Source of the DNA: Clostridia bacterium
GTDB lineage: Bacteria > Bacillota > Clostridia > TANB77 > UBA1234
Length of the DNA: 64,000 nt
Assembly (NCBI GenBank): GCA_017469545.1
Contig: JAFUGE010000006.1
Coordinates: 95,167 to 159,166 of the forward strand
Reading direction: 5' to 3'
Below the pieces are notes generated by a model that searched no databases, was not told where the DNA came from, and worked only from the letters and a program-made list of their open reading frames with translations. Position numbers and translations under genes: made by a program. This document shows positions 61,852 through 64,000 of the stretch, one piece after another (positions within the stretch are counted from its first letter, which is position 1; each line of letters opens with the position of its first letter).

Positions 61852-62355
61852 GTGTGGAATGATTTAATTAAACAGAAGATTATCGACGAATTGAATGAGC
61901 AATTTGATATTATTAATCCAATTGCGCCTACTGAGAATCATTCTTATGCGGACTCCATATTTTCTCCTGCAACAGCTAGTATGTTTAAACCAATTAGCAC
62001 AGATGTTTTGAATACGCCTAATTATTTTGAAACTACTATCAATAAGACTAGAACAATAAAGGAAATTCCGGTTCATACGATTGCTTTTTCGGATTCGTTT
62101 GACACCAATACGGTTTCTAATATAAGTTTAGCGTATGCACCTTCTCCTATTAATGAGGAAAATGTATATGATATGGATCAAATAATCAATAGCGCAAATG
62201 CAATTACATTTTCTCTTACGCCAGAGCAAAGAGGGGTAGCAATTGCAAAGAAGGCTAGCTGGAAGGACGTGTTATTTCACGATGCTAGTTTGATAGGAAA
62301 TACTGACTTTGGTGTGGCAGTGAAGAAGTTCTGTAGTATGCAAATTAAAATTTAA
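61852..62355 (+). CDS. hypothetical protein (GTG start), paralog of the next gene
   Basis: Promoter TTGCAT-18-TAGAAT lies upstream. C-terminus ...DFGVAVKKFCSMQIKI resembles ...DLGGAIKKFCGIQVKF of 62382..62669. Confidence 0.4.
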   Translation: MWNDLIKQKIIDELNEQFDIINPIAPTENHSYADSIFSPATASMFKPISTDVLNTPNYFETTINKTRTIKEIPVHTIAFSDSFDTNTVSNISLAYAPSPINEENVYDMDQIINSANAITFSLTPEQRGVAIAKKASWKDVLFHDASLIGNTDFGVAVKKFCSMQIKI

Positions 62356-62381
62356 AAATATATATTTGGGAGGGGAAACAA

Positions 62382-62669
62382 ATGACAAATACTGTTGAAA
62401 CATCTAATGAATATGAAACATTAGAAGCAAGGGGAGTGGCAGTAAAGAAAAAAACGACGGCGAAAGATATCTTCTTTGGAGATATTGATTGGAAGGCTTG
62501 CGGAAAGACATTGACTAGAGAAGTAAGCTTTGAGGGCTTTAAGAGAGTAATGACAAGTGACGTTGATTTCGGCGCAATTAAAACAGCTTTACTTAGCCCT
62601 GTTCCTGATGTAAGCATAGATTTGGGTGGCGCAATTAAAAAATTCTGCGGCATTCAAGTAAAATTTTAA
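62382..62669 (+). CDS. hypothetical small protein, paralog of the previous gene (possibly spore-associated)
   Basis: RBS GGGAGGGG. Shares the C-terminal ...KKFCxxQxK motif with the previous gene. Confidence 0.4.
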   Translation: MTNTVETSNEYETLEARGVAVKKKTTAKDIFFGDIDWKACGKTLTREVSFEGFKRVMTSDVDFGAIKTALLSPVPDVSIDLGGAIKKFCGIQVKF

Positions 62670-62677
62670 AAACGAAA

Positions 62678-62777
62678 TGTAGGGGCAGCGTATCACGCTG
62701 CCCGATTTGTTTGTCAAAAATAGAAAACATGTGAAAAATTTTGATTTTACGGGCAGCGTGATACGCTGCCCCTACGG
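62678..62777. repeat. forward + inverse REP-like pair
   Basis: TGTAGGGGCAGCGTATCACGCTGCCCG ... CGGGCAGCGTGATACGCTGCCCCTACGG. Confidence 0.85.
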
Positions 62778-62864
62778 TTTTTTACGAAGAAATATCTCTT
62801 TTCACTTGACAAACAGCAAAAATGGGTGTAAACTATTTTAGGTTTACAGATAGGGAGCGTTTGA

Positions 62865-62891
62865 TGTAGGGGACGCATATCATGCGACCCG
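62865..62891 (+). repeat. REP-like repeat inside the ylxM 5' UTR (GGGGACGCA variant)
   Basis: TGTAGGGGACGCATATCATGCGACCCG, downstream of the promoter TTGACA-17-TAAACT. Confidence 0.8.
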
Positions 62892-62912
62892 TGCAAAGAG
62901 AGGATTGTTTTT

Positions 62913-63242
62913 ATGGAAAAAAGCGTTCATGTAAGTATGTTGCTTGAGATTTATGGAAAATTGCTTACAGATAAGCAAAGAGACATCATTGATTTGTACT
63001 ATAATGATAACTTATCTCTCAGTGAAATTGCCGAAGAGCTTGGCATCACAAGACAAGGCGTTCACAAGAATTTAATTGACGCTGAAAACAAACTGTTTGA
63101 TTATGAAGAAAAACTAATGGTTTTGAAGCGAAAACTGGAAGAGCAAGAAGCATTAGAAGAAATCATAAAAAAAATAAAGGACAAAAACATAAAGACGGAA
63201 CTACAAGTTTTCGAAGAAAACTTTTTTCCGGGGCTTAATTGA
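62913..63242 (+). CDS. ylxM: UPF0122/YlxM-family putative DNA-binding protein (sigma-70 region-4-like HTH)
   Basis: LTDKQRDIIDLYYNDNLSLSEIAEELGITRQGV. Precedes ffh as in many Firmicutes. Confidence 0.75.
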   Translation: MEKSVHVSMLLEIYGKLLTDKQRDIIDLYYNDNLSLSEIAEELGITRQGVHKNLIDAENKLFDYEEKLMVLKRKLEEQEALEEIIKKIKDKNIKTELQVFEENFFPGLN

Positions 63243-63284
63243 ATTTTATAATATAGTGCAAATGCCTAAGCATTTGCACCAGAG

Positions 63285-63412
63285 CCCCGGAAAACGAACT
63301 GTGTTACACTTATTTGGGGCGCGGCAAGGCCCCCGGAAAACGAACTGTGTTACACTTATTTGGGGCGTTGCAAGGCCCCCGGAAAACGAACTACGTTACA
63401 CTTATTTGGGGG
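63285..63412 (+). repeat. tandem array, 2.8 copies of a ~46-bp unit CCCCGGAAAACGAACTGTGTTACACTTATTTGGGGCGCGGCAAGGC
   Basis: Direct, contiguous repeats with no spacers. The unit contains the AAAACGAACTGYGTTACA module also seen at 16008-16027, 16720-16738 and 19712-19729. Confidence 0.85.
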
Positions 63413-63436
63413 GCGAACGCACACGACGAAACAATA

Positions 63437-63464
63437 CGGGCGGCGTGGTACGCCGCCCCTACGG
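63437..63464 (-). repeat. REP-like repeat, inverse
   Basis: CGGGCGGCGTGGTACGCCGCCCCTACGG. Confidence 0.85.
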
Positions 63465-63500
63465 ACAGAGATACAAACTGGCAGGAAGGAGGAAAACAAA

Positions 63501-64000
63501 TGGCATTTGAGGGACTTTCAGAGAAATTTCAAGGTATTATCAATAACCTTAAGGGAAAATCAAGAATTACGGAAAATGACGTCAAGGAGATTACGAGAGA
63601 AGTAAAATTGGCGCTTTTAGAAGCGGACGTTAACTATAAAGTGGTAAAAGATTTTACTAATAAAATTTCTGAAAAAGCTTTGGGACAAGATGTTTTAAAA
63701 AGTCTAACACCTGGTCAACAAGTAGTGAAAATCGTTCACGAGGAATTGACGAACTTGTTAGGTTCGAAAGAAGAAAAACTTAACTTATCGCCAAATCCTC
63801 CTACGATTATTATGCTAGTAGGATTGCAAGGTTCTGGTAAGACAACGATGGCAGGAAAACTTTCAAATATGCTTAGAAAGCAAGGGAAAAATCCGATTTT
63901 AGTTGCCTGCGACGTATACAGACCGGCCGCGATTGACCAGTTGGAAGTACTAGGAAAACAGCTTAATATTCCGGTTTATGCGAATCGAGAAACGAAAGAT
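63501..64000 (+). CDS. ffh: signal recognition particle protein Ffh, 3' end truncated by the window edge
   Basis: MAFEGLSEKFQGI... N domain and start of the G domain (GLQGSGKTT). RBS GGAAGGAGG. Confidence 0.85.

Noticed and set aside
63285-63412. Possible CRISPR array, given the regular direct repeats
   Set aside because: The units are contiguous with no unique spacers, and there are no cas genes. It is a simple tandem duplication of the AAAACGAACTGTGTTACA-containing module.

Overview
This window is a low-GC Firmicutes (Clostridia-like) chromosomal segment, roughly 36-38% GC.

Identifiable housekeeping genes, in order:
- truA, lexA, a minus-strand tmRNA (ssrA) and prfA.
- The str cluster: L7Ae-family protein, rpsL, rpsG, fusA, tuf.
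- plsX, acpP and rnc.
- A secondary-cell-wall-polymer cluster: csaB pyruvyl transferase, tagA, a tagO-mnaA fusion, an SLH protein and murG.
- Split transketolase, ftsEX and an M23 peptidase.
- rsmB, rlmN, stp, prkC, rsgA and rpe.
- topB, tadA, marR and two ABC exporters.
- SRP RNA, dnaX, ybaB and recR.
- A UgtP-like glycolipid synthase and ypeB.
- ctsR, an mcsA-like gene and clpC.
- ylxM and the start of ffh.

Main non-housekeeping content:
- (1) A diversity-generating retroelement (DGR) island at about 46.3-49.6 kb. It holds a target gene with a pilin-like N-terminus, an Avd-like four-helix-bundle gene and an A-rich template repeat (TR). The TR shares an adenine-free 18-nt block and a 36-nt downstream IMH-like block with the 3' end of the target. 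A DGR-type reverse transcriptase with an IGxxxSQ motif sits on the opposite strand. The island is flanked by an Rpn-family nuclease, a cluster of repeats containing an (AC)9 microsatellite, an Ala/Lys/Pro-repeat histone-like gene and a low-GC hypothetical gene.
- (2) About 40 copies of a GC-rich REP-like hairpin with a GTAG head (consensus TGTAGGGGCAGCGTATCACGCTGCCCG), in both orientations, with compensatory stem variants. Several copies supply the stop codon of the upstream gene.
- (3) A second short repeat module (AAAACGAACTGYGTTACA), including a roughly 46-bp tandem array upstream of ffh.
- (4) Three genes broken by +1 frameshifts (yitT-like, the second ABC exporter, ypeB), each with an extra C before GG.
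- (5) Two single-gene GC-rich islands and several unusually long palindromes.
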